Positions 46,034-54,313 of a stretch of DNA of 64,000 nucleotides are shown here, one piece after another. The stretch is taken from positions 304,564 through 368,563 of the forward strand of contig CAYSUJ010000001.1 of the NCBI GenBank assembly GCA_964434285.1, read 5' to 3'. The notes below the pieces were generated by a model. It did no database searches, was not told the origin of the DNA, and was given only the letters and a program-made list of their open reading frames with translations. The stretch comes from an uncultured Candidatus Saccharibacteria bacterium (GTDB lineage: Bacteria; Patescibacteriota; Minisyncoccia; Phycocordibacterales; UBA2100). Position 1 is the first letter of the stretch; every line of letters starts with the position of its first letter. The translations under genes were made by a program, and so were the position numbers.

Positions 46034-46142
46034 GAGAAATGCGGGGAGTACCTCACGAGAGGCCCCGCAGCTGGCGAGGATCTGCCCGTTTTTCAAGCTT
46101 GAAAAACGGGTTTACCCGAGGGAGGTACTCCCCGCATTTCTC
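46034..46142. repeat. nested-hairpin structured repeat, copy 2, in the 12-nt-spaced leader of pheS
   Basis: Outer 21-bp stem gagaaatgcggggagtacctc/gaggtactccccgcatttctc; conserved ACGAGAGGCCCCGCAGCTGGCGAGGAT; inner hairpin cccgtttttcaagc/gcttgaaaaacggg; conserved CCCGAGGGAG. Confidence 0.6.
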
Positions 46143-46145
46143 CCA

Positions 46146-46970
46146 CTACAACCCCCCCACTTCGTAAAGTGCTTCCCCGGATTTGATGATGAGTGCCCCG
46201 TCAATAATGCGCATGTCCGTTTTTTCTGCACCATAGATTTGAGCAGCGATTGGCGTCGCACGAATATCAATCTCAGCAAAATAAATGCCGCCCTCTTTCG
46301 TGCGGTAGACGACACCACTTCCAAAGAAGCGCGCATCAATCGCCTCGCCCCCGAATCGCTTTATCGAAACCTCAGATTCGCAGAGAGACGGACTCGGACA
46401 AAAAGCGGCCGGCGGTTGTCCGTCTTCCGTCCAACGTGCGAGCACGTCACCGTCTTCAAGGACAAGCGTCACACCGCCTCGCTCGTCGAGCGGCAGTGTT
46501 GTGGTGGCCGTTGATGTCGCAAAGGCAGCGCGCATAGTTGTGTTCAGTGCCTCCGACACAATGCGCGTCCCGGTCGCAGAACCCGAAAGAACGAGCTCGG
46601 TGAGCGTTATTTCTTCAGGAAGCAACACGGCGTCGGCACTCGTGACGAGCTGCGGCTCGACGATGAGTATTCTTCTCCATGGTCGCGCTCCGTCTCGCTC
46701 AACCCGAACCGCATACGCGGCAGGAGCAAGATCATCGACGTAAAACGAGCGCTGAAGAAAACCAGTCTCACCAATCCGTTCGTCGTCGACAATAACGCGC
46801 GCATCAGGGTATGGCACCGAAATGTAAATACCGCCCGTTTTTACGATTCCGACGCCCGGTTCGAAACGCCATCCATCCGCATAGAAAATCGTAATGGGAA
46901 GACCAACGACAAAAATCAGCGAGAATACAGTGAGATACAAACGACGGCGAGAGCGTGGGAGAGGTTCCAT
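46146..46970 (-). CDS. membrane-anchored hypothetical protein. The likely start is the ATG at 46970; the ORF track extends to 47012
   Basis: N-terminal TM LYLTVFSLIFVVGLPITIFY then a soluble domain; directly downstream of the GT2 gene. Confidence 0.45.
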   Translation of the reverse strand: MEPLPRSRRRLYLTVFSLIFVVGLPITIFYADGWRFEPGVGIVKTGGIYISVPYPDARVIVDDERIGETGFLQRSFYVDDLAPAAYAVRVERDGARPWRRILIVEPQLVTSADAVLLPEEITLTELVLSGSATGTRIVSEALNTTMRAAFATSTATTTLPLDERGGVTLVLEDGDVLARWTEDGQPPAAFCPSPSLCESEVSIKRFGGEAIDARFFGSGVVYRTKEGGIYFAEIDIRATPIAAQIYGAEKTDMRIIDGALIIKSGEALYEVGGL

Positions 46971-46971
46971 A

Positions 46972-48555
46972 CTATGTGCTCGCACGACTCTTCGGCGTGA
47001 CCCAAAAACCAAGATAGCGTCCGGTCATGAGGCGGAACTGCGATTCAAGCCCGGGAATAGAGCTAAAAATGATCATGGTGAACGGTACGAGTATCCACTG
47101 TAACACCATGAGCGCGTGGCGGTATCGCGGTATGTGCGCAGGGCGTTCAGGTAATAGGTACATGCAAATAGCGGCAGAAACAACGAGACCAAACATCGCA
47201 AGCGTGAGAAACGAACGAGCAATGAGAGGCAAATTGTGTGAGAGAACCGTCGTATTGAAGGCGGTACCCCCGACAAGGAGCGGGAGCCATCCGACGGAGA
47301 AGAGAATGATTGGGTGTGTCGCGAGTGACCAAAATCCCTCGATTTGTACGAGCGATGCGCGGATACGCTTACCGAGTGGTATTCGCTTGTTTTTATAACT
47401 CACCCAGAGGATGTAGGCGATGTTTTCTGCGCCATAGGTCCAGCGGCGGTGCTGCTTGTAAATATTCTTTACGGTACCCAGGAAGGTAGGAGCAACATTT
47501 GCATCCATGGACACCGGATATGCCATCGGAACAACGTGGTAGTCGCCGTCGAAGCGCGCAAACATATTCCAAAAAATGCGCGAATCTTCGGAAACAACAT
47601 TGCGCTGCCAATAACCGGCCTCGTGGAGAGATTTAAAAATGACTGCGTGCGATGAAAAGGTGGCCAGCTTCTCCGGGCGCTCTTGCTGTATCATCTGCCA
47701 AAAAGAACTTGAGTATGCGATGACACGAGAAAGCAACGGCGCCTCCCAGATGTTGTTGTGATACAGGGGGACCGGCTGAAATGACGTGCGCTCAGGGTTC
47801 GGAGAGGAGAGCACATGCCAGGTGAGGCACGCGAAATACTGTGGGTACACCACCGTGTCGGAATCAAACGCAGAGACAACCACGTGTTCATAGGGAAGAC
47901 TGTGCTTGTCGAGTATGTATTTTCGGGCTTCTTCCGCCGCGTAGGAGAGGTTTGATCCCTTCCCCGGAATGTCACCCGGAAGGCCGTCCGGATGAACAGT
48001 CACGAGAATGTCGAGGAAGCGGTCCGCGTATTCTTCCTGCAAACGTCGCGCAGTTGCATGATGCTCCTCACCTGCACGTGCTTCTGCCGCAATCACGACC
48101 GCGATAGTTTTCGGATCCCAGTCGGCGTGAGCGAGCGCGTCGATCGATTCCTTCAAGACCTCATACGGCTCGTCATAAAAGGGAAACATGACGAGGTGGA
48201 TAAGGTACGGCTCAGCGCGTGCAGGCACATGCGGCAGATCGTGTAATCTCTCGCGCCAGTTCACCTGCATGTTGTGACGCATGCGTTTGAAGTTGTAACG
48301 CAAGTGTACCGAGAGATAGGCAGTTTTAAAGAGCCAGTACGCAGCAAAGACAATCGTGAGATATGCCGCCCACACGGGCTTGCGAAACGAGAGGAAGATG
48401 AGGATGGCGAGGGTCCCGTAAGACAGGACGCCAGGTAGTATCTCAAAGGCTCTGAAGAGCATACGCTCGCGACCGATGAGATCAGTCGCGCGAGCGATGT
48501 GGAGATAGGAGTATTCTGAAGGAAGTTGGGAGCTGGAAGTGTGTAGCTCTTTCAT
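46972..48555 (-). CDS. family-2 glycosyltransferase, processive membrane type (CesA/NodC-like)
   Basis: DSD DxD motif, QHRRWTYGAE (QxxRW) motif and multiple TM helices at both ends. Confidence 0.7.
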   Translation of the reverse strand: MKELHTSSSQLPSEYSYLHIARATDLIGRERMLFRAFEILPGVLSYGTLAILIFLSFRKPVWAAYLTIVFAAYWLFKTAYLSVHLRYNFKRMRHNMQVNWRERLHDLPHVPARAEPYLIHLVMFPFYDEPYEVLKESIDALAHADWDPKTIAVVIAAEARAGEEHHATARRLQEEYADRFLDILVTVHPDGLPGDIPGKGSNLSYAAEEARKYILDKHSLPYEHVVVSAFDSDTVVYPQYFACLTWHVLSSPNPERTSFQPVPLYHNNIWEAPLLSRVIAYSSSFWQMIQQERPEKLATFSSHAVIFKSLHEAGYWQRNVVSEDSRIFWNMFARFDGDYHVVPMAYPVSMDANVAPTFLGTVKNIYKQHRRWTYGAENIAYILWVSYKNKRIPLGKRIRASLVQIEGFWSLATHPIILFSVGWLPLLVGGTAFNTTVLSHNLPLIARSFLTLAMFGLVVSAAICMYLLPERPAHIPRYRHALMVLQWILVPFTMIIFSSIPGLESQFRLMTGRYLGFWVTPKSRAST

Positions 48556-48573
48556 ACTGTCATTATAACCCTG

Positions 48574-48646
48574 AGCCGCCTCCCGGACTTGAACCGGGGA
48601 CCTTCTCTTTACAAAAGAGTTGCTCTACCAACTGAGCTAAGGCGGC
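48574..48646 (-). tRNA. tRNA-Thr (anticodon UGU)
   Basis: Reverse complement GCCGCCTTAGCTCAGTTGGTAGAGCAACTCTTTTGTAAAGAGAAGGTCCCCGGTTCAAGTCCGGGAGGCGGCT. 7-bp acceptor stem, GTTCAAGTCC T-arm, anticodon loop UUUGUAA. No encoded CCA. Confidence 0.85.
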
Positions 48647-48655
48647 GTGTCGGTA

Positions 48656-49057
48656 CTATAGCTGAGATGCGTCGTCTCCGCCATTACCGTTTTTATGTTC
48701 TATAACCTGCTTTAAGAACTGTGATTTCGTTTCTCGCCGCTCAAACGATCGCTTGTGTGAGACAAAATCAGCAAGGAGGTGTGCCTGCTCTGCTGAAACG
48801 CGCGCAAGACGCGCATAAGAAAGTGCAGCGCTTCCCACGATACGACGAACAATACGCGTTGTGAGGAGCGGGAGTCTGGAAATGTACCATTCAAGAACTA
48901 ATATCACCCACTTGATCTGGAGAGCGAAATCGTCTGCACGGTCACGCCACGGAGCGCGCACCGCGCTCGGATAAGCCATTTCGCGTATCTTTATGGCAAA
49001 AAGAATGATGATACCGAAGAGAGTGAGCCCGAAAATGACGAATGCCGTGATAGGCAT
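48656..49057 (-). CDS. hypothetical membrane protein
   Basis: Two N-terminal TM helices; 133 aa. Confidence 0.35.
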   Translation of the reverse strand: MPITAFVIFGLTLFGIIILFAIKIREMAYPSAVRAPWRDRADDFALQIKWVILVLEWYISRLPLLTTRIVRRIVGSAALSYARLARVSAEQAHLLADFVSHKRSFERRETKSQFLKQVIEHKNGNGGDDASQL

Positions 49058-49061
49058 ACGA

Positions 49062-49643
49062 TTATTTTACCGAAAGACGCTCCATCCGCACCACTTCTAT
49101 TTTCTCACCAAATTTCTGGACACCACCTTCGATGAGCTGGCGAATGGAAATATCACCGTTTTTCACGAATGGCTGGTCGAGGAGCACTTTCTCCTTCACG
49201 AAGGCGTCGAGTTTCCCCTGGATCACTTTCTCACGCATTTCTTCTTTGACACTCGCCGCTTCTTCGGTGAAGACTTCGCGTGCTTTTGCTATATCTGACT
49301 CCTTAACCTGCTCCTTCGCAATAAATTCAGGACGCATCGCGGCAACGTGCATCGCGATGTCGTAGGCAATCTGCTGAAATTCTGGATTACGCGAGACGAA
49401 ATCCGTTTCGCAGGCGAGTACGACTGCTCCCACAACCTGCCCACCTGCGTGCGTGTATGCGGCTGCAACACCTGCACCGAGCTCACGGTCTGCCTTTTTG
49501 CCAGCACCTGCGGCTGCAATCTTGCGCAGGATGACAATCGCTTTTTCCATGTCTCCCCCTGCTTCCTCAAGTGCCTTCTTACACTGCATCACAGAAACGC
49601 CAGTTTCGTCGCGCAGCGCCTTTATTTCTTCAGTTGTTGCCAT
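49062..49643 (-). CDS. tsf: elongation factor Ts (short, 193 aa)
   Basis: MATTEEIKALRDETGVSVMQCKKALEEAGGDMEKAI UBA-like N-terminus. Confidence 0.85.
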   Translation of the reverse strand: MATTEEIKALRDETGVSVMQCKKALEEAGGDMEKAIVILRKIAAAGAGKKADRELGAGVAAAYTHAGGQVVGAVVLACETDFVSRNPEFQQIAYDIAMHVAAMRPEFIAKEQVKESDIAKAREVFTEEAASVKEEMREKVIQGKLDAFVKEKVLLDQPFVKNGDISIRQLIEGGVQKFGEKIEVVRMERLSVK

Positions 49644-49755
49644 AGATAAAAATGTTCAATTATCAATTTACAATGCTCAATCAATGATCAACGTCCTAAT
49701 TTTCAATAGAGCAAGTGTACCACTCTTTTGAAAATTGATAATTGGTCATTGAAAA

Positions 49756-50454
49756 TTATTTGCTTACTTTCTTCCCCTCGGCAATCGCATTCCCAATTTC
49801 ACCAACAACGAGGCCGATTGAACGCACCGAAGTGTCGTTGCCAGGAATCGGATACTGTACCAAAGAGAAATCGCAATCGGAACTTGCGAGCGCAATGACG
49901 GGAATTTTCATCTGATTCGCTTCGTTCGCGGCAGTTTTCTCATGGCGCGGATCGACGACGAAAAGTGCCGCTGGAAGATCCTTCATGCTGACGATGCCGC
50001 CAAATCGCGCCGTGAGCTCGTCGATCTCGCGATCAATCATAAGGCGCTCGCGCTTCGTGTACTTTGAGAGGTCGCCCGATTCGCGATCAGCCATGAGTTT
50101 CTCAAGGCGCTCGATGCGCTTTCGGATGTTCTTAAAATTCGTCAGTGTCCCGCCAATCCAACGACCCGCGACGTGTGGTGCGCCAACGCGCTCCGCGGTG
50201 CTCTTTACCGCACTCTGCGCCTCGTGCTTACCGCCGACGAAGAGGATGGTCTTCCCGCTCTGTGCGAGTCCGGCAACAAACGCGCGCGCATCCGAAAGAC
50301 GCTTGTGAGTCTGTTCGAGATCGAAGATATCAGTGCGATCCTTGGTATCAAAAAGGAATGGTGCGGAAGAAGGATTGCGGCGGGTGCGAGTATAGCCGAC
50401 GTGTGTGCCTGCGTCGTAAAGGCTTTTGATATCAGCGGTTGCGATATTTGACAT
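49756..50454 (-). CDS. rpsB: 30S ribosomal protein S2
   Basis: HVGYTRTRRNP...ILFVGGKHEA and typical S2 length and order. Confidence 0.9.
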   Translation of the reverse strand: MSNIATADIKSLYDAGTHVGYTRTRRNPSSAPFLFDTKDRTDIFDLEQTHKRLSDARAFVAGLAQSGKTILFVGGKHEAQSAVKSTAERVGAPHVAGRWIGGTLTNFKNIRKRIERLEKLMADRESGDLSKYTKRERLMIDREIDELTARFGGIVSMKDLPAALFVVDPRHEKTAANEANQMKIPVIALASSDCDFSLVQYPIPGNDTSVRSIGLVVGEIGNAIAEGKKVSK

Positions 50455-50499
50455 GTAGCGAGGATACTAGCAGGAAAGCCATTTTTGGGCAAGCTGAAT

Positions 50500-50528
50500 T
50501 TGACATGTATCAAATATGGATGTATTAT
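50500..50528 (+). promoter_or_regulatory. near-consensus sigma70 promoter TTGACA-N17-TATTAT upstream of the 50573 ORF
   Basis: -35 hexamer at 50500-50505, -10 hexamer at 50523-50528, and an agggag SD before the ATG at 50573. Confidence 0.5.
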
Positions 50529-50572
50529 GCTATCAGACTTCAAAGGTAAATCCGCAGTAGGGAGATACGCCA

Positions 50573-50842
50573 ATGAATGCTTCATACGTCCTGGAGCCGG
50601 AATTCAAGATGACGGCCGTCGAACGCAAGCTTGCCACGGAAGCCCTAGCGGAACACAAAATCCGCAAAAACGCTGAAGTCAGCGTGGAACGTCCCCGGGA
50701 CATCAAGGCTGGTGAAGATCGTGATTCCAAGGGACGCTTTGTGCGCTGCTTCGAGATTCGTGGTGGCGACTTCGACATCCTCGTCTTCTACAACAAACGC
50801 GAGAATTGGAACTCAATCAGCTGGAATGCTGATAACGAGTAA
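50573..50842 (+). CDS. hypothetical small protein (89 aa)
   Basis: Good promoter, SD and terminator context; no domain recognised. Confidence 0.45.
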   Translation: MNASYVLEPEFKMTAVERKLATEALAEHKIRKNAEVSVERPRDIKAGEDRDSKGRFVRCFEIRGGDFDILVFYNKRENWNSISWNADNE

Positions 50843-50867
50843 CAAGTCGAGGAAACAATTGTACAAG

Positions 50868-50898
50868 GTGCCGGTGAAGTAGCCGGCACTTTTTTATT
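50868..50898 (+). terminator. intrinsic terminator for the 50573 ORF, overlapping the convergent prfA stop
   Basis: gtgccggtgaagtagccggcac followed by ttttttatt. Confidence 0.6.
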
Positions 50899-51874
50899 CC
50901 TCCTCCGAAACCTCTCCACCCTCCGCTTTTTCGAGAGCCTCCAGAATCGGCACAAGGCGACCCGCCATAATACCCTCCAAATTGGACCAGTTTTCCTTTA
51001 TGCGGTGGTCGGTGACGCGATCCTGTGGGAAATTGTAGGTGCGAATCTTCTCTGAACGATCACCGGTCCCTACCTGCTGCTTTCTGTCGGCGGCGCGAGC
51101 ACGGTCGTCTTCTTCGTCCTTCTTCTGCTGGAGTCGGGAAAGCAGCAATTTCATCGCGCGCTCTTTGTTCGCCTGCTGTGAGCGCTCGACGGTGCAGCGC
51201 ACATCGATACCCGTCGGTTTGTGGATGATACGCACCGCGGTCTCGACCTTGTTCACGTTCTGTCCACCTGCCCCACCTGAGCGCGATGTTTCTATCTCAA
51301 GGTCAGACGGATTGATTTCTATTTTTGTGCGCTTGTAGATTGGCATGATGGCGACTGAAGCCGTGGAGGTATGGATTCTTCCCTGTTTTTCCGTCGCAGG
51401 AATGCGCTGAACTCGGTGCACACCAGTTTCGTATTGGAGCGTTTTAAAGACATCCTCGCCTTTTATTTCAAATTGAGCCTCTTTGATGCCGCCGAGCTCT
51501 GCACGAGATTCACTGAGCTTATTCGCCTTCCATCCCCGAATCTGCGCGTATTTGAGATACATTTGCGCAAGCTCCTCGGCAAAGAGAGACGCTTCTTCCC
51601 CACCCACTCCTGCGCGTACCTCCAGTACGATTTCGTTCGGCCACTCACGCTCATTGGGGTCCCCCACGATTTTCACCATCTGCTCAATGATTTGATCTTT
51701 TTGATTTTCAATATCATTTACCTCCTTCTCAGCAAGTTCTTTCATGGAGGGGTCTATTTCTAGGAGTTCTCGCGCATCTTTCTCAGCTTGCAGGAGCTTC
51801 TTCCACTCGAGAACCAAAAAACCGACGCGATGATCCTCCGCGTAGTCCTCCGGATTCAAGATGGGCTCGGTCAT
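50894..51874 (-). CDS. prfA: peptide chain release factor 1. The likely start is the ATG at 51874; the ORF track extends to 51985
   Basis: GGQ motif [19 protein letters not shown] and the PAT tripeptide (RIPATE), as in RF1 rather than the RF2 SPF. Confidence 0.85.
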   Translation of the reverse strand: MTEPILNPEDYAEDHRVGFLVLEWKKLLQAEKDARELLEIDPSMKELAEKEVNDIENQKDQIIEQMVKIVGDPNEREWPNEIVLEVRAGVGGEEASLFAEELAQMYLKYAQIRGWKANKLSESRAELGGIKEAQFEIKGEDVFKTLQYETGVHRVQRIPATEKQGRIHTSTASVAIMPIYKRTKIEINPSDLEIETSRSGGAGGQNVNKVETAVRIIHKPTGIDVRCTVERSQQANKERAMKLLLSRLQQKKDEEDDRARAADRKQQVGTGDRSEKIRTYNFPQDRVTDHRIKENWSNLEGIMAGRLVPILEALEKAEGGEVSEEE

Positions 51875-51889
51875 GGCAATAAGTATACG

Positions 51890-51916
51890 CCGAACCCCGC
51901 GTGGGGCGGGGTTTCG
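51890..51916 (-). terminator. hairpin between rpmE and prfA
   Basis: gaaccccgc-gtgg-ggcggggtttc GC-rich stem-loop just downstream of the rpmE stop. Confidence 0.4.
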
Positions 51917-51929
51917 TTCGGCACTATCG

Positions 51930-52181
51930 TTATTTCTTCTTGGAAGCGCGCGCCTTAAATTTCTCGACACGACCCGCGGTGTCAATCGTCTTCGACTGGC
52001 CGGTGTAGAACGGGTGCGATGCGCTTGAGATTTCTACCTGGAACACAGGGTATTCTTTGCCATCTTCCCACTTGTCCATTTTGTCGGTCTTTACGGTGGA
52101 ACCAATGAGAAAACGCGCCCCCGAGGAGGTGTCTTCAAAGATGACGTGGCGGTAGTCTTCCGGGTGCAGCTCTTTTTTCAT
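51930..52181 (-). CDS. rpmE: 50S ribosomal protein L31 (type B, no Cys ribbon)
   Basis: [21 protein letters not shown]...HPFYTG matches L31 and lacks the CxxC pairs. Confidence 0.85.
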   Translation of the reverse strand: MKKELHPEDYRHVIFEDTSSGARFLIGSTVKTDKMDKWEDGKEYPVFQVEISSASHPFYTGQSKTIDTAGRVEKFKARASKKK

Positions 52182-52191
52182 GTGGTGTGTT

Positions 52192-52241
52192 TATATCAAA
52201 ATAAGGAAGAAGCCGCAAGGTTGTGTACCAACCCTGCGGCT
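52192..52241 (-). terminator. terminator after the 52277-52555 small membrane gene
   Basis: Reverse complement agccgcagggttggtacacaaccttgcggct followed by UUCUUCCUUAUUUUGAUAU. Confidence 0.45.
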
Positions 52242-52276
52242 CTGTCGCCGCCTCACAAGGAGACGACGGTTTGTCG

Positions 52277-52555
52277 CTATTCTTCGAAGTTTGCGATGAT
52301 GTCCCGCCTCAAGAGAGTCAAGAGCGCCAGATCAACGAAAGTTACTCCGCCGACCATCATCGCGTTTACGGAGTTGGCATTATCGAACAACCAAAGCCCC
52401 CAAATGACGAAGACCCCGGACACAACGGCAACACCCCGCTGCCGGGACCAAATGGTCTCAGCAGACTCCGGGTTTGCATCCCCGAAGAAGGATGCGAGAG
52501 AGTAAAGATGAAAGAAGACAAATGTGATTATGATGATCACGAAGCTAAAGATCAT
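52277..52555 (-). CDS. small two-TM membrane protein (92 aa)
   Basis: Hydrophobic helices FSFVIIIITFVFFHLYSL and VAVVSGVFVIWGLWLF; own terminator. The + strand ORF 52223-52735 looks non-coding. Confidence 0.4.
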   Translation of the reverse strand: MIFSFVIIIITFVFFHLYSLASFFGDANPESAETIWSRQRGVAVVSGVFVIWGLWLFDNANSVNAMMVGGVTFVDLALLTLLRRDIIANFEE

Positions 52556-52597
52556 TTCCTTTCTCCGCTGCTGCCTCGCGCAACTGCGTTAATTAAA

Positions 52598-53863
52598 TCA
52601 TCTTTCTTCAATAATGTCAATCTCTTTTTGGAATTTGTCCGCGAGCCCCATCACCCCGTCGCCATAGAAGGCATAGGCGGGTTTGTTGGCATTGCCCCAA
52701 CCGGCGAAGTAGCGGAGTGCCGCAAGGCGCTCTGAGGCTCGGGTGCCGGCGTCCGCCCCATTGTCGGCCATAAGGAGTCCCGAAGCGAAAATAGCAGTGC
52801 GCGCATCCCACGGGTTAGGCGGATTGCTTCCTGTGATTTGCCCAATGCGTTCCTTATACATGACCCACGTGGAAGGAATGAACTGTGCTGGCCCCATAGC
52901 CCCACCCCATCCATACCAAGGCTTTTTTGAAACTTTCTGCTGATCCGGATCGAGCCCCAGCTCCTCCATCAAGGTCTTAAAGACCGGCACATCGCGCGTT
53001 GGATGCATGTCGGTCTTCCAATTACCAGTACCAACATTCTCACCCAGGTTCGATTCCTGTGCAAGGACACCGAGGATGAGCGCTGGACGCACTCCCGTCG
53101 CCGCTGATGCCTCCTTTGCATATTCGTATGCTTTACCAAACGGGATTGCGCCGGAATCGCGAAGTTCGAAAAGTCGCGCTCGAATCTCGTTTGCCGTTTT
53201 TGTCTGTTCAGTGATTGTGCGTTGATACACACTTTCTTCCCCTTTCGCGAGCTTTACGAGACCCTGCTTCTCACCCTCCACGCGCTCCAATGAGCGCTGT
53301 TGGAGGACTTGCAGTTGTCGAAGCTCTTCTTCTTCCTGCTGCTGTGTAAACAGCGCCTCTTTGCGATCGGCAAGGTCATCGCGTGCAATCGCCATTTCTT
53401 TAAAAGCGGTATCAAGCGCTTCTTGCACGGTTTGGAAATTATCGACTTCTACGAAAAGATCAGAAAGTGAGCCGTTGAGAACGAGTTCTACGAGAGTAGT
53501 GTCGTCAATCTCTCTCGTTCGGCGAATCATCTGTGCAACCGAAACCTGCCCTTCTACAACTTTGGCGTCCAATATTTTGATTGCCGCCTCTTTGTCTGTA
53601 ATTCCGTCAGTCAGGCGTTTGATGGCAAGATTGCGTTGGCGGATTCCCAATTGCGCTTCTCTTATCTCGCCATCAAGGATCGCTACATCGCGCTCAAGCG
53701 ACTGTCGTTCGGCCTGCTTTCCGGCGAGGGCGGATTTATTTTGAGCAATCTCCTTTTCGACCTGTGCAAGTTCCTGTTCAAGCTTGGCGCGCTCCTCTGG
53801 CGTTAGCGCTGCATGAAGGGTCATTGGTAGCAGTAACAAAACCAACAAGAGTAGTTGTCGCAT
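52598..53863 (-). CDS. secreted coiled-coil protein with a C-terminal MltB-like lytic transglycosylase domain. The likely start is the ATG at 53863
   Basis: Signal peptide MRQLLLLVLLLLPMTLHA; long coiled coil; ILGVLAQESNLG and WYGWGGAMGPAQFIPSTW (SLT_2-like). Confidence 0.65.
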   Translation of the reverse strand: MRQLLLLVLLLLPMTLHAALTPEERAKLEQELAQVEKEIAQNKSALAGKQAERQSLERDVAILDGEIREAQLGIRQRNLAIKRLTDGITDKEAAIKILDAKVVEGQVSVAQMIRRTREIDDTTLVELVLNGSLSDLFVEVDNFQTVQEALDTAFKEMAIARDDLADRKEALFTQQQEEEELRQLQVLQQRSLERVEGEKQGLVKLAKGEESVYQRTITEQTKTANEIRARLFELRDSGAIPFGKAYEYAKEASAATGVRPALILGVLAQESNLGENVGTGNWKTDMHPTRDVPVFKTLMEELGLDPDQQKVSKKPWYGWGGAMGPAQFIPSTWVMYKERIGQITGSNPPNPWDARTAIFASGLLMADNGADAGTRASERLAALRYFAGWGNANKPAYAFYGDGVMGLADKFQKEIDIIEER

Positions 53864-53901
53864 ACCCTGGTCAGTATACCCCACTAAGTGCCGGAGACCC
53901 A

Positions 53902-54300
53902 TTATGTCTTCGACGAAGAGATGTCGAGCTCCTTACGAACAACCTCGACAACTTCTGAAGGAATCATACTCGCCTTAACAATGTAACGGTGCGCCCCTAA
54001 TTCTTCAGCGTGTTTTTGATCTACCTCCGTGCTCTGATTCGTAAGCGCAATAAGCCGGGCAGATCCAACAAGGTTCTCTTCTTGAAGATGACTCAGAAAA
54101 GCAAAGCCGTCTTCTCCCGGCATCGAAATGTCAAAAAGAATGGCGTCGGGTCTCTCCCCAGCACGAAGCGCCTGAAGCGCCTCTTCCACAGAGAAGCAAG
54201 AGACCACGGAAAAGCCTTCCTGTGAGAACTTGAGCGCGTACATGTCTAACAAAAATTTGTCGTCGTCAAGCAGAAGCACCTTTTTCCCAGTATCCGTCAT
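53902..54300 (-). CDS. single-domain response regulator (CheY/PilH-like receiver). The likely start is the ATG at 54300
   Basis: KKVLLLDDDKFLLDMY...AILFDISMPGEDG...ALT...KHAEELGAHRYIVK receiver motifs. Confidence 0.7.
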   Translation of the reverse strand: MTDTGKKVLLLDDDKFLLDMYALKFSQEGFSVVSCFSVEEALQALRAGERPDAILFDISMPGEDGFAFLSHLQEENLVGSARLIALTNQSTEVDQKHAEELGAHRYIVKASMIPSEVVEVVRKELDISSSKT

Positions 54301-54313
54301 AAATGGTTGTAAT

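Noticed and set aside
46034-46142. The idea that the pheS-leader element is a T-box riboswitch
   Set aside because: No T-box consensus (AAUUAGGGUGGNACCGCG) and no specifier-loop or antiterminator arrangement. The same element also occurs behind rpoC.
52223-52735. 170-aa + strand ORF opposite the small membrane protein
   Set aside because: No start or RBS context. Spans a terminator hairpin and the mltB-like 3' end antisense. The minus-strand 92-aa two-TM ORF with its own terminator is preferred.
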